Shown here in pieces: positions 49,729 to 57,645 of a DNA stretch of 64,000 nt (positions are counted from its first letter, which is position 1; each line of letters opens with the position of its first letter). Under the pieces are notes generated by a model. That model did no database searches and was not told where the DNA came from. It saw only the letters and a program-made list of their open reading frames with translations. A program made the translations under genes and the position numbers. This DNA comes from Chitinophagales bacterium (GTDB lineage Bacteria; Bacteroidota; Bacteroidia; Chitinophagales; LD1). The stretch spans positions 1,350 to 65,349 of the forward strand of contig JBDHYB010000015.1 in assembly GCA_039811145.1 (NCBI GenBank), given 5' to 3'.

Positions 49729-51326
49729 TAATTAATCTCCTCGTATGCCGGCAGCGTCAAAAACTCTTTATAATCTCCTTGCTGTATAAGGCTGTCGAAC
49801 ATGTCGATGGCGCGTTTCATGGTAGCAGTGTTATAAGCCGCTTCGCCTACATAGGCTTTAACCGATTCTAACTCGCTTGGTAATAGTTCTTTGAAAAGTT
49901 CGTAAGTAATGGTGCGGCCATCATCCAGCTTGCTACCGTTCTTAATCCACTGCCATATCTGGGTGCGGCTAATCTCGGCGGTAGCTGCATCTTCCATCAA
50001 ATTATGGATTGCCGCAGCGCCCACACCGCGCAACCAGCTTTCTATATATAGTATGCCCACGTTTATGTTCATGCGCAGTCCGGCTTCGGTAATAGTACCT
50101 GCGGGTACTTCCAACAGTTCATTTTGGGTATACACCTCTCCTTCACGCTTAATGCTGTAGTTGTTTGGGGTCGTCATGTGTTCGTTAAACACATCCATAG
50201 CTACTTGAACCAGGCCGGGGTGGGCTACCCAGGTGCCGTCGTGGCCGTTTGTGGCTTCGCGCACTTTATCTTGGCGCACCTTGTCCACCGCCGCGTTGTT
50301 AGCGGCTTCGTTTCCTTTAATAGGAATGAAAGCGCTCATGCCGCCCATGGCGTGCACCCTTCTTTTGTGGCAGGTTTGTATAACCAGCTTGCTATACGAT
50401 GCCATAAACGGTACTGCCATTGTGACCTGTCCGCGCTCAGGCAGAACGAAACCATCCAGATTGCGGAACTTCTTAATGTAGCTGAAGATGTAATCCCAAC
50501 GGCCGCAGTTTAGGCCGCACATGTGCTCGCGCAATTCGTATATAATCTCGTGCAGTTCAAAGGTGGCAGTTATGGTTTCTATCAGTACCGTTGCCTTAAT
50601 AGTGCCTTGTGGAATACCCAATTCCTGTTGGGCTAAAACAAACACCTCATTCCACAAACGGGCTTCAAGGTGGCTTTCCATTTTAGGTAAATAGAAGTAT
50701 GGCCCTGAGCCATTTGCAATTAACTGCTTAACGTTGTGGTAGAAGTATAAACCGAAGTCGAAAAGCGAGCCGCTCATCAGTTCACCATCTACTTTTACAT
50801 GCTTTTCGGGCAGGTGCCAGCCGCGCGGACGAACGAAGAGAACCGCCACCTTATCGTTCAGTTTGTAGCTCTTACCGTTTTCGGGGTTGGTATAAGTAAT
50901 GGTCGTTTTGTTGGCATCGCGCAGGTTGATTTGCCCTTCAATATTATTGCTCCAGGTGGGGCTGTTGCTATCCTCAAAATCGGCCATAAAGACCTTTGCG
51001 CCGCTATTAAGGGCGTTGATAATCATCTTGCGGTCCACAGGGCCGGTTATTTCCACACGGCGGTCCTGTATGTCGGCAGGTATGGGGGCAGCTACCCACT
51101 CTCCTTCCCTAACGGCTTTGGTTTCGGGTAAAAAGTCGGGCAGTTGGCCGGCATCAATTTGCTTTTGGCGCTCCGCGCGGACAGCCAGTAATTCCAGGCG
51201 GCGCTTGTTAAAAGTGCGCTGCAGTTTAACCACAAAGGCAAGCGCTTCAGGGGTTAAAATTTCAGCGTATTCCGGGGTAATGTTCCCCTGTATTTCCAAT
51301 CCTTCTATGTTGGTGGCAGAGCCCAT
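49728..51326 (-). CDS. aceB: Malate synthase A
   Basis: RRVEITGP, ADFEDS, VRPRGWHL, GLNCGRWDYIFS, GHDGTWVAHP, LMEDAATAEISR; start at MGSATN. Confidence 0.97.
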   Translation of the reverse strand: MGSATNIEGLEIQGNITPEYAEILTPEALAFVVKLQRTFNKRRLELLAVRAERQKQIDAGQLPDFLPETKAVREGEWVAAPIPADIQDRRVEITGPVDRKMIINALNSGAKVFMADFEDSNSPTWSNNIEGQINLRDANKTTITYTNPENGKSYKLNDKVAVLFVRPRGWHLPEKHVKVDGELMSGSLFDFGLYFYHNVKQLIANGSGPYFYLPKMESHLEARLWNEVFVLAQQELGIPQGTIKATVLIETITATFELHEIIYELREHMCGLNCGRWDYIFSYIKKFRNLDGFVLPERGQVTMAVPFMASYSKLVIQTCHKRRVHAMGGMSAFIPIKGNEAANNAAVDKVRQDKVREATNGHDGTWVAHPGLVQVAMDVFNEHMTTPNNYSIKREGEVYTQNELLEVPAGTITEAGLRMNINVGILYIESWLRGVGAAAIHNLMEDAATAEISRTQIWQWIKNGSKLDDGRTITYELFKELLPSELESVKAYVGEAAYNTATMKRAIDMFDSLIQQGDYKEFLTLPAYEEIN

Positions 51327-51329
51327 TTT

Positions 51330-51450
51330 GCGAATTTTCGCTGCAAAAATATCGCTCGTTTTTAAATATCCAAACATTTTTCGCGAAAATTCGCTTTGAA
51401 AGTAAAATTCGCTTTTTATATCTTTGTTCGCTAAACCCTATATTTTCGCC
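51330..51450. promoter_or_regulatory. Putative operator repeats in the divergent aceB/regulator intergenic region
   Basis: GCGAATTTTCGC (51330-51341), its exact reverse complement GCGAAAATTCGC (51383-51394), and half-sites AAAATTCGC, TTTTCGC. Confidence 0.6.
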
Positions 51451-51466
51451 ACACCCTAATCCAAAT

Positions 51467-52960
51467 ATGGAAACAACCACAGAAGAAAACATCCGAATCA
51501 TATTCGGATTGAAGCTGAAGAAACTAAGAACGGACAAAAAACTTTCGCTGCAGGAACTCTCCAACAAATCGGGCGTATCTGTCTCCTACCTTAACGAAAT
51601 TGAAAACGGCAAAAAGTACCCCAAGCCGGATAAGATCAATGAACTGGCCAAAGCCCTTGAAACCACTTACGATCAACTGGTTTCTTTAAAGATAAACAAG
51701 AACCTTACCCCCGTGGTGCAGGTGTTAAACCTCCGCATTATTAACGACTTCCTTTTCGAAACCTTTGGTATTGATAAAGGCCTTTTAATGAGTATGATGG
51801 CCAGCGCCCCTACGCAGCTATCGGCCCTTATTAACAGCGTATTTGAAATTGCCCGTAACTACAACCTGCAGGAAGAGCACTTTTACTTTAGTTGCCTGCG
51901 CAGTTACCAGGAAATGAACGATAACTACTTTGAGGATATTGAAACCGCAGTAGAGAACTTTAAGAAAGACAACGGTATTAACGGCAGCCAGTTGAGCGCT
52001 AAGGAATACGAGCAGATACTGAAAACCAAGTTTAACTACAGAGTAGAGCCTACTGATTTTGTGGACTTCCCCAAGCTGCGCCACTTCCGTTCGGTTTATG
52101 TGCCGGGTGAGCAACCTACATTACTATATAACACCAAGCTTACTGAGCAGCAAAAGCTTTTCCTTTTTGCTAAGGAACTGGGCTTTGCTTATATGAAGAT
52201 TGACAAGCGCCCACGCACTACCAGTTGGTTAAAGGTGGAAAGCTTTGACCATGTAATGAACAACTTTAAAGCTGCCTATTTTGCCCAGGCCCTGCACATT
52301 AACAAAGAAGCTTTGGTAGAAGACCTGGAGAGGTTTTTTGCCAATACAAGCTGGGATGGCGACTTTATAGTAAAACTGTTGGAGAAATACAACGCCAGCC
52401 CCGAAATGCTGTTTCAGCGTATAGCCAATGTGCTGCCTAAGTTTTTCGGCTTTAACGAACTTTACTTTATACGTTACAGCAGCCGCGATAGCAGCAAGCA
52501 CCTTAAGGAAATTAGTAAGGAGTTGCACCTTAGCCGCAACCAGGTGGACCTTCAGTATATCATAAGCGAGCAGAACTACCGCCGTTGGATAACCCGCACC
52601 CTGGTTAAACACATGGATAAGGAATGGGCCGAAGGCGAGCGCAAAACGCTTGTGGAAGGCCTTATAAGCAAAAATGAAGAGGGCGATGAGTACTTGACCA
52701 TGAGCATACTGCGCCCCATGCCTGAACTGAACAATAACGCCAATTCGGTTACTGTAGGCTTCGTTTTAACCGAGGCTGTTAAAAAGAAAATCAACTTCCT
52801 GGCAGACCCTGCCTTAAAATTTGATAAACTAGGCCCTGTAAACGAATTGAACTTCGAAACTCCGCTTGCTTTGCGCAAAATGAAGGACGAAGAAACCAAA
52901 CAGGCCGAATACGACCGCCTGGCAACTGAACTGCTTGCCACGGCCGGTAATACGGTATAA
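51467..52960 (+). CDS. XRE-family regulator (RamB/ScfR-like) of the glyoxylate shunt
   Basis: N-terminal HTH (GVSVSYLNEIENGKKYP), YQE...NYF..IE, A.YFA.AL, SPE....R; divergent from aceBA. Confidence 0.85.
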   Translation: METTTEENIRIIFGLKLKKLRTDKKLSLQELSNKSGVSVSYLNEIENGKKYPKPDKINELAKALETTYDQLVSLKINKNLTPVVQVLNLRIINDFLFETFGIDKGLLMSMMASAPTQLSALINSVFEIARNYNLQEEHFYFSCLRSYQEMNDNYFEDIETAVENFKKDNGINGSQLSAKEYEQILKTKFNYRVEPTDFVDFPKLRHFRSVYVPGEQPTLLYNTKLTEQQKLFLFAKELGFAYMKIDKRPRTTSWLKVESFDHVMNNFKAAYFAQALHINKEALVEDLERFFANTSWDGDFIVKLLEKYNASPEMLFQRIANVLPKFFGFNELYFIRYSSRDSSKHLKEISKELHLSRNQVDLQYIISEQNYRRWITRTLVKHMDKEWAEGERKTLVEGLISKNEEGDEYLTMSILRPMPELNNNANSVTVGFVLTEAVKKKINFLADPALKFDKLGPVNELNFETPLALRKMKDEETKQAEYDRLATELLATAGNTV

Positions 52961-52965
52961 CTATA

Positions 52966-54219
52966 ATGCAAGAAGAAGAAACCACGGCGCCCGCGCCCTC
53001 TATAACTTTCGAGAGTTTTAATTTTGAGCCTGAATTAAAGGAAGGCCTGGAAAGCATGGGCTTTAAAAAGCCTACGCCAATACAGCAACAGGCTATCCCT
53101 ATTATATTAAAGGAGCACGACCTTATTGCCTGCGCCCAAACCGGCACCGGTAAAACAGCGGCTTTCCTGCTACCCATTATTAACAAGCTTACGCGCGATA
53201 AAATACATACCACGGACACATTAATAATTGTGCCTACGCGTGAACTGGCCATACAAATTGACGAGGCCGTGCAGGGCTTTGCCTACTTTTGCCACACAAG
53301 TGCCATTGCTATATTTGGCGGTAGCGATGGCATAAGCTTTGCGCAGGAAAAACGCGCGCTTAGTGAGGGGGCCAACATTATTATAGCCACACCCGGCCGT
53401 TTAATAGCCCACCTAAACATGGGCTATGTAAACTTTAACCACATTAAGCACCTTATACTGGACGAGGCCGATCGCATGCTGGACATGGGCTTTAGCGACG
53501 ACCTGAACAAGATCATCAGCTTTTTACCCAAGGAAAGGCAAACGCTGTTGTTTAGCGCTACCATGCCGCCTAAAATACGTGAGTTAGCCAAGCGTATTTT
53601 AAAAGAACCTGAGCAGATAAATATTAGCGTTAGTAAACCCGCAGCTGGTGTGTTGCAAGGCGCTTATGTGTTATACGATAACCAGAAGATTGAACTGCTA
53701 AAGCGCCTGCTTACTGACCGTAAAATGGCCAGCATTATTGTGTTTTGCAGCCGTAAGGAAAACGTTAAGCAACTGGACCGCGAACTAAAGCGCATGAAGT
53801 TTAACGTAGCCTGCATACACAGCGACCTTGAGCAGGAAGAACGCACCGAAGTGTTGCGCAACTTTAAGAACAAGACTTTACAGATACTGGTGGCAACCGA
53901 CGTAATGAGCCGCGGTATTGATATTGATAGCATTGGCCTGGTAGTAAACTACGATGTGCCTAATGATGCGGAGGACTACGTGCACCGTGTAGGCCGTACC
54001 GCCCGTGCCGAAACCACCGGCGTAGCCCTTACCTTTATTACCCCCGAGAACCAATTTAAGTTTGGCCGAATTGAAGAGTTAATTGAAACCGAAGTAAAGA
54101 AGCTGCAATTACCTGCCGAATTAGGCCCCGGCCCTGAATACAACCCCAAGAAACGCATTGGCAAACCCCAGGGCAACCGCAGCGGCAAAGGCGGTGGGTT
54201 TAAGAAGAGAAGGAAGTAA
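52966..54219 (+). CDS. DEAD-box RNA helicase
   Basis: PTPIQ, AQTGTGKT, PTRELA, TPGRL, DEAD, SAT, RGID, HRVGRTAR. Confidence 0.96.
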   Translation: MQEEETTAPAPSITFESFNFEPELKEGLESMGFKKPTPIQQQAIPIILKEHDLIACAQTGTGKTAAFLLPIINKLTRDKIHTTDTLIIVPTRELAIQIDEAVQGFAYFCHTSAIAIFGGSDGISFAQEKRALSEGANIIIATPGRLIAHLNMGYVNFNHIKHLILDEADRMLDMGFSDDLNKIISFLPKERQTLLFSATMPPKIRELAKRILKEPEQINISVSKPAAGVLQGAYVLYDNQKIELLKRLLTDRKMASIIVFCSRKENVKQLDRELKRMKFNVACIHSDLEQEERTEVLRNFKNKTLQILVATDVMSRGIDIDSIGLVVNYDVPNDAEDYVHRVGRTARAETTGVALTFITPENQFKFGRIEELIETEVKKLQLPAELGPGPEYNPKKRIGKPQGNRSGKGGGFKKRRK

Positions 54220-54230
54220 TACAATACTAT

Positions 54231-54642
54231 TTACCACAAAGGCACACAGAACACAAAGAATACAACGATAGCTTATTAAGTTGCTCGGCATGTTCAATAA
54301 CATGCTTTCAGCAAGTGGGCTAATATCCTCCGCCGGCGGAGGTGGCCCGCAAAGCGGGTCGGAGGTGGATGTGCTTACGTGGCACGAGCGGACGCTCGCA
54401 GTAGTAGAGCCCCCCCCTGTCACTCTGAGCTTGTCGAAGACTGACCCAATCAGCGCCCTATTTGTCACCCTTCGACTAGCTCAGGATGACAGTTTAGTCA
54501 TAATACGTCATTCCGTCCCGATAGCTATCGACATGACCCGGAATCTCAATTCAATAACACCGTCATTGCGAGCGCAGCGAAGCAATCTTCAACTTTATCA
54601 TCAATAACATACCTAGCACGAGCGGACGCTGGCGTTAGTGGG
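54231..54642. repeat. Dense mosaic of several palindromic repeat families
   Basis: ACCACAAAGGCACACAGAACACAAAG; CCTCCGCCGGCGGAGG; GGCACGAGCGGACGCTCGC (54381, 54615); GTCACTCTGAGCTTGTCGAAG/CTTCGACTAGCTCAGGATGAC; GTCATTCCG...GGAATCT; GTCATTGCGAGCG...GCAATCT. Confidence 0.85.
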
Positions 54643-54777
54643 ATTTTAAAAACCGCATTTATTACACCTAACAGCGCAATAAACGGTAGATAAAGAAAGT
54701 TCTGCGCCATGCCACCGCGCTTTACTTCAATTTTTTCAGGTAAATTTTGGTATGACCCCTTCAGTAGTAGTTTCCAT
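54639..54777 (-). pseudogene. Truncated 5' fragment homologous to the gene at 57173-57634
   Basis: 54639-54749 encodes QNLPEKIEVKRGGMAQNFLYLPFIALLGVINAVFKIP (34/37 aa identical to 57512-57622); cut by a REP; upstream ATG at 54777 is out of frame by one base (GGGG run). Confidence 0.85.
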
Positions 54778-54912
54778 GCTGTTTAAGCACTCACTCAAAT
54801 CTATAAAATACCCGAAATAAGGTATTGTTTTAAGCCAGCCATTATTTCTCTTTGTCATATTAAATAACAATAACCTGAAAGCTGCTGCAAGCAAGGGATA
54901 AAAACAAGCCAT

Positions 54913-55704
54913 ATGAGCGTTGCAAAACTTTATACCGACGAATTGAAAAGAAATTTCAAGATCTTATTCGCCAATTGGGAACCCGGCACACCGCTGGAGT
55001 TAGGTGTTTACGGCCTTTTAAGTAACAACATTTTTGTTCCACTAGGAAACATCAAGCAATTGGGTGTAAATTTTGACGTAGTTACCGACCTTGTAAAAGA
55101 TGAAAAAGAATTTAAATCTGAAGGCGGCGTTGAAGTAAAATTCAACCCCAAAGCATCGGTAACGGTTACCCCAGGCGTTTCGGTTAACGCCAACCTGGAA
55201 ATTAAGTTTACCAGGGGAAAGTCGATATTTTTTCACGCAGCTGAATGCAGTACCAACAGAATTGCCGATAAAGTAAAGCTGGGCAAGGATCTGAAAAACC
55301 TTTTGAAAAAAGGCGATTGGAAGAAAAAGTATGTAGTGGTAACTGACCTCGTGGATTCAGGCAATACTATTATCGCTGTTTCCGATAGTAAAGATGCGAA
55401 CATAACTTTTCAAGCCTCAAGCCCTACCATTGAAAACATTAACCTGGCAGACGCTTCAATAGACCTGACGGTTACAACCCGTAAGGACATTGGCTATAAG
55501 GTGGAAGCGGTTAAAGGCCTTCAGATACTAATGGGTTTGTGCAAGTTTAAAAATCCCTTCCCGCTTTTAGGCGATGGCTCTATCATGCCTATAAAAATGG
55601 CCTCATCAAAAGAGCTTTCAACCTTAATTGAAGATGCGCCTGAAATAAAAACAGAACAGAGCCCGGACGATTTATACTTTGGCCAATTAGGCTACGGCGA
55701 ATAA
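54913..55704 (+). CDS. Probable bacterial gasdermin-like pore-forming protein
   Basis: 263 aa, no signal peptide. N-terminal helix then P...L.LG motif and LG.I..L; two amphipathic beta-hairpin regions (aa ~64-100, ~160-200); YVVVTDLV strand; acidic C-terminal tail ending DDLYFGQL. Order matches the bGSDM architecture (by eye, no search). Confidence 0.72.
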   Translation: MSVAKLYTDELKRNFKILFANWEPGTPLELGVYGLLSNNIFVPLGNIKQLGVNFDVVTDLVKDEKEFKSEGGVEVKFNPKASVTVTPGVSVNANLEIKFTRGKSIFFHAAECSTNRIADKVKLGKDLKNLLKKGDWKKKYVVVTDLVDSGNTIIAVSDSKDANITFQASSPTIENINLADASIDLTVTTRKDIGYKVEAVKGLQILMGLCKFKNPFPLLGDGSIMPIKMASSKELSTLIEDAPEIKTEQSPDDLYFGQLGYGE

Positions 55705-55721
55705 TATTTAAACCAAGTGTT

Positions 55722-56228
55722 ATGATAAAAATAGAGATAAAAGAAATTTCGGGTTATGCCGATAAGAATCTGGAAACGCTAAACGAAAGTTTAAAGCTTG
55801 TTGAAAAGGTGATTAACACCGAGGCCTTTAAGGATAAGGTATTGAACTTTACAATGCCCAACGGCAAGGTGACGTTTTTTTATAGGCCGTGGCATAAAAA
55901 ATACAGTAACGCGGAGGTATTGGACCTGATATATAGTGCCAGCGAAGAATACGATGGCGGTCAAAAGGGTGTAATTGATTTATACCTGCATTTAGAGCCG
56001 GGAGGCGATGGAAGCGTTGTTGGGTATGGAAACGAGGGCGATAAATGGATAAACACCTATGAAACACCCTTTGCAGGTATGTCCCGCCCTGAAATAGCGG
56101 GCCACATTTTTCATGAGTGGTTGCATAAAATTGGTTTTGTGCATGATTTTTATGATGTCCCGAAACGCAGATACTCTGTTCCCTATGCAGTAGGAGAAAT
56201 TATGGAGCAACTTGCGGGACACAGCTAA
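55722..56228 (+). CDS. Small cytoplasmic zincin metalloprotease
   Basis: HIFHEWLHKIGFVHD = HEXXHxxGxxH; VVGYG edge strand; SVPYAVG; no signal peptide; 17 nt after the gasdermin-like gene. Confidence 0.85.
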   Translation: MIKIEIKEISGYADKNLETLNESLKLVEKVINTEAFKDKVLNFTMPNGKVTFFYRPWHKKYSNAEVLDLIYSASEEYDGGQKGVIDLYLHLEPGGDGSVVGYGNEGDKWINTYETPFAGMSRPEIAGHIFHEWLHKIGFVHDFYDVPKRRYSVPYAVGEIMEQLAGHS

Positions 56229-56336
56229 AAAACAATTTTGACACGGTGCGATTGCATAAACCTGCAATCACACTATATTTCTTTTTATTTTTTAATAAAT
56301 TTAAATTATAATTTATTTTTACCGAAAACCCATAAT

Positions 56337-57083
56337 ATGAAAAGCCCGCTACTGCCCATTGATATTATCTCCATCTACAAAAACAAAGTTGGAGATTTAC
56401 TGCCTTTACCCACACGCATGGCCCAATGCACACCCGATACGTACAACGCCATTTTTAAAATAGCGGCCGATGTAAAAAAGAAAGGCGGGCGGCTAATACT
56501 AAGCGACTTGTTCAGAAGCTACGATATGCAGGCGCAAAGCCACCAGGATTATATATCAGGCAAGAAGAAAGCCTTTAGCCCTGCACCGGGCGGCAGCTTT
56601 CACGAAGCAGGCCGGGCTTTTGATATGGACTTAAGCGCTATGAAAATGCCCTTGGCCGATTTTTGGGCCATTGCCGCCAAATACGGCGTTTACCCCATTA
56701 TTGATAAACCGAAAACCAGTACCTCCGAAGCCTGGCACTTTGATTGCCGCGGCAGCCACCAGATAGTTTACCAGTATTATGCTGATGGTAAGGGCAAGAA
56801 TTTTAAGCCCTATACCGCTGCAGCAGCAAGTGGCATATTATCCATTGGCGTGCATGTTGATGCCTTTGGCAATAACCAACGCCAGGCGGCTATACAATCG
56901 TGCATTATACGCCTGGGTAAAGTTATTGGCAATATGGATGGCCTTATTGGCCGTAAAACCCAACAGGCTGTAGAAGAACTTGGCATTGCCTTTACCCCTA
57001 ACGACCTTGATGCTATGTTGGTTCAGCTAGAGAACAAAATACAACAGCAGTTTCCTGCAGAGTTTATGTTACCGCCTGCTTAG
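56337..57083 (+). CDS. M15 (VanY/endolysin-like) Zn peptidase with C-terminal PG-binding-like segment
   Basis: SDLFRSYDMQ, PGGSFHEAGRAFD (SxHxxGxAxD), EAWHFD (ExWH), MDGLIGRKTQQAV (DGxxGxxT); start at MKSPL; no signal peptide. Confidence 0.85.
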   Translation: MKSPLLPIDIISIYKNKVGDLLPLPTRMAQCTPDTYNAIFKIAADVKKKGGRLILSDLFRSYDMQAQSHQDYISGKKKAFSPAPGGSFHEAGRAFDMDLSAMKMPLADFWAIAAKYGVYPIIDKPKTSTSEAWHFDCRGSHQIVYQYYADGKGKNFKPYTAAAASGILSIGVHVDAFGNNQRQAAIQSCIIRLGKVIGNMDGLIGRKTQQAVEELGIAFTPNDLDAMLVQLENKIQQQFPAEFMLPPA

Positions 57084-57172
57084 GCCGCCATCAACTATTA
57101 CACCTTCCCTTTTGTATTCGTTTACGTTACGCCGCTGGCAGAACTAAGCGCATGTGCCCCTAATCCAATAAC

Positions 57173-57634
57173 TCACCTATACGCCCTCCAAAAACCATTC
57201 AGCGAAGTGCAAAGTTGGTGTGGGTCTGCATTTAAAAAGCTGCCCCAAAAACCGGCTTCCCGGCCGTCTTTGGCCTCAATCACTAGGTCAAAAGAAGTGG
57301 AAGTGGTATTGTTACCTGAGTTAAACGAAGTGGTTCTTTCTATTCGTATATCCTTTACTTCGTTCCACGGCACAAGGCCCAGGCTGTTTGTCCAAATGCC
57401 TTCTTTAGTGGCGCGTATCAAAACTTTGGTAAACACAAGGGCCGTTAGCCTGTTTATGCTCATTACAGCCGCAATGGCAAACACTGCTAATACAAGGTAG
57501 CTGTACGGTGCCGGTATTTTAAACACTGCATTTATTATGCCCAACAGCACAATAAACGGTAAGTAAAGGAAGTACTGCGCCATACCGCCGCGTTTTACTT
57601 CAATTTTTTCAGGTAAGTTTTGTGCTGCATCCAT
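57173..57634 (-). CDS. Hypothetical membrane protein (two TM plus PH-like domain)
   Basis: Two TM helices followed by ATKEGI....GLVPWNEVKDI. Confidence 0.7.
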   Translation of the reverse strand: MDAAQNLPEKIEVKRGGMAQYFLYLPFIVLLGIINAVFKIPAPYSYLVLAVFAIAAVMSINRLTALVFTKVLIRATKEGIWTNSLGLVPWNEVKDIRIERTTSFNSGNNTTSTSFDLVIEAKDGREAGFWGSFLNADPHQLCTSLNGFWRAYR

Positions 57635-57645
57635 GCGTACAAATT

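Noticed and set aside
54121-54607. ORFs 54281-54607 (+) and 54121-54468 (-)
   Set aside because: They are composed of translated repeat elements (e.g. VTLSLSK, SLRAQRSNL).
54760-54777. METTTE start shared with the XRE regulator at 51467
   Set aside because: The codons differ and the match is only six low-complexity residues; probably coincidence.
54913-57083. Prophage lysis cassette
   Set aside because: No integrase, structural, holin or spanin genes are visible; gene 1 is a soluble beta-rich protein, not a TM holin.
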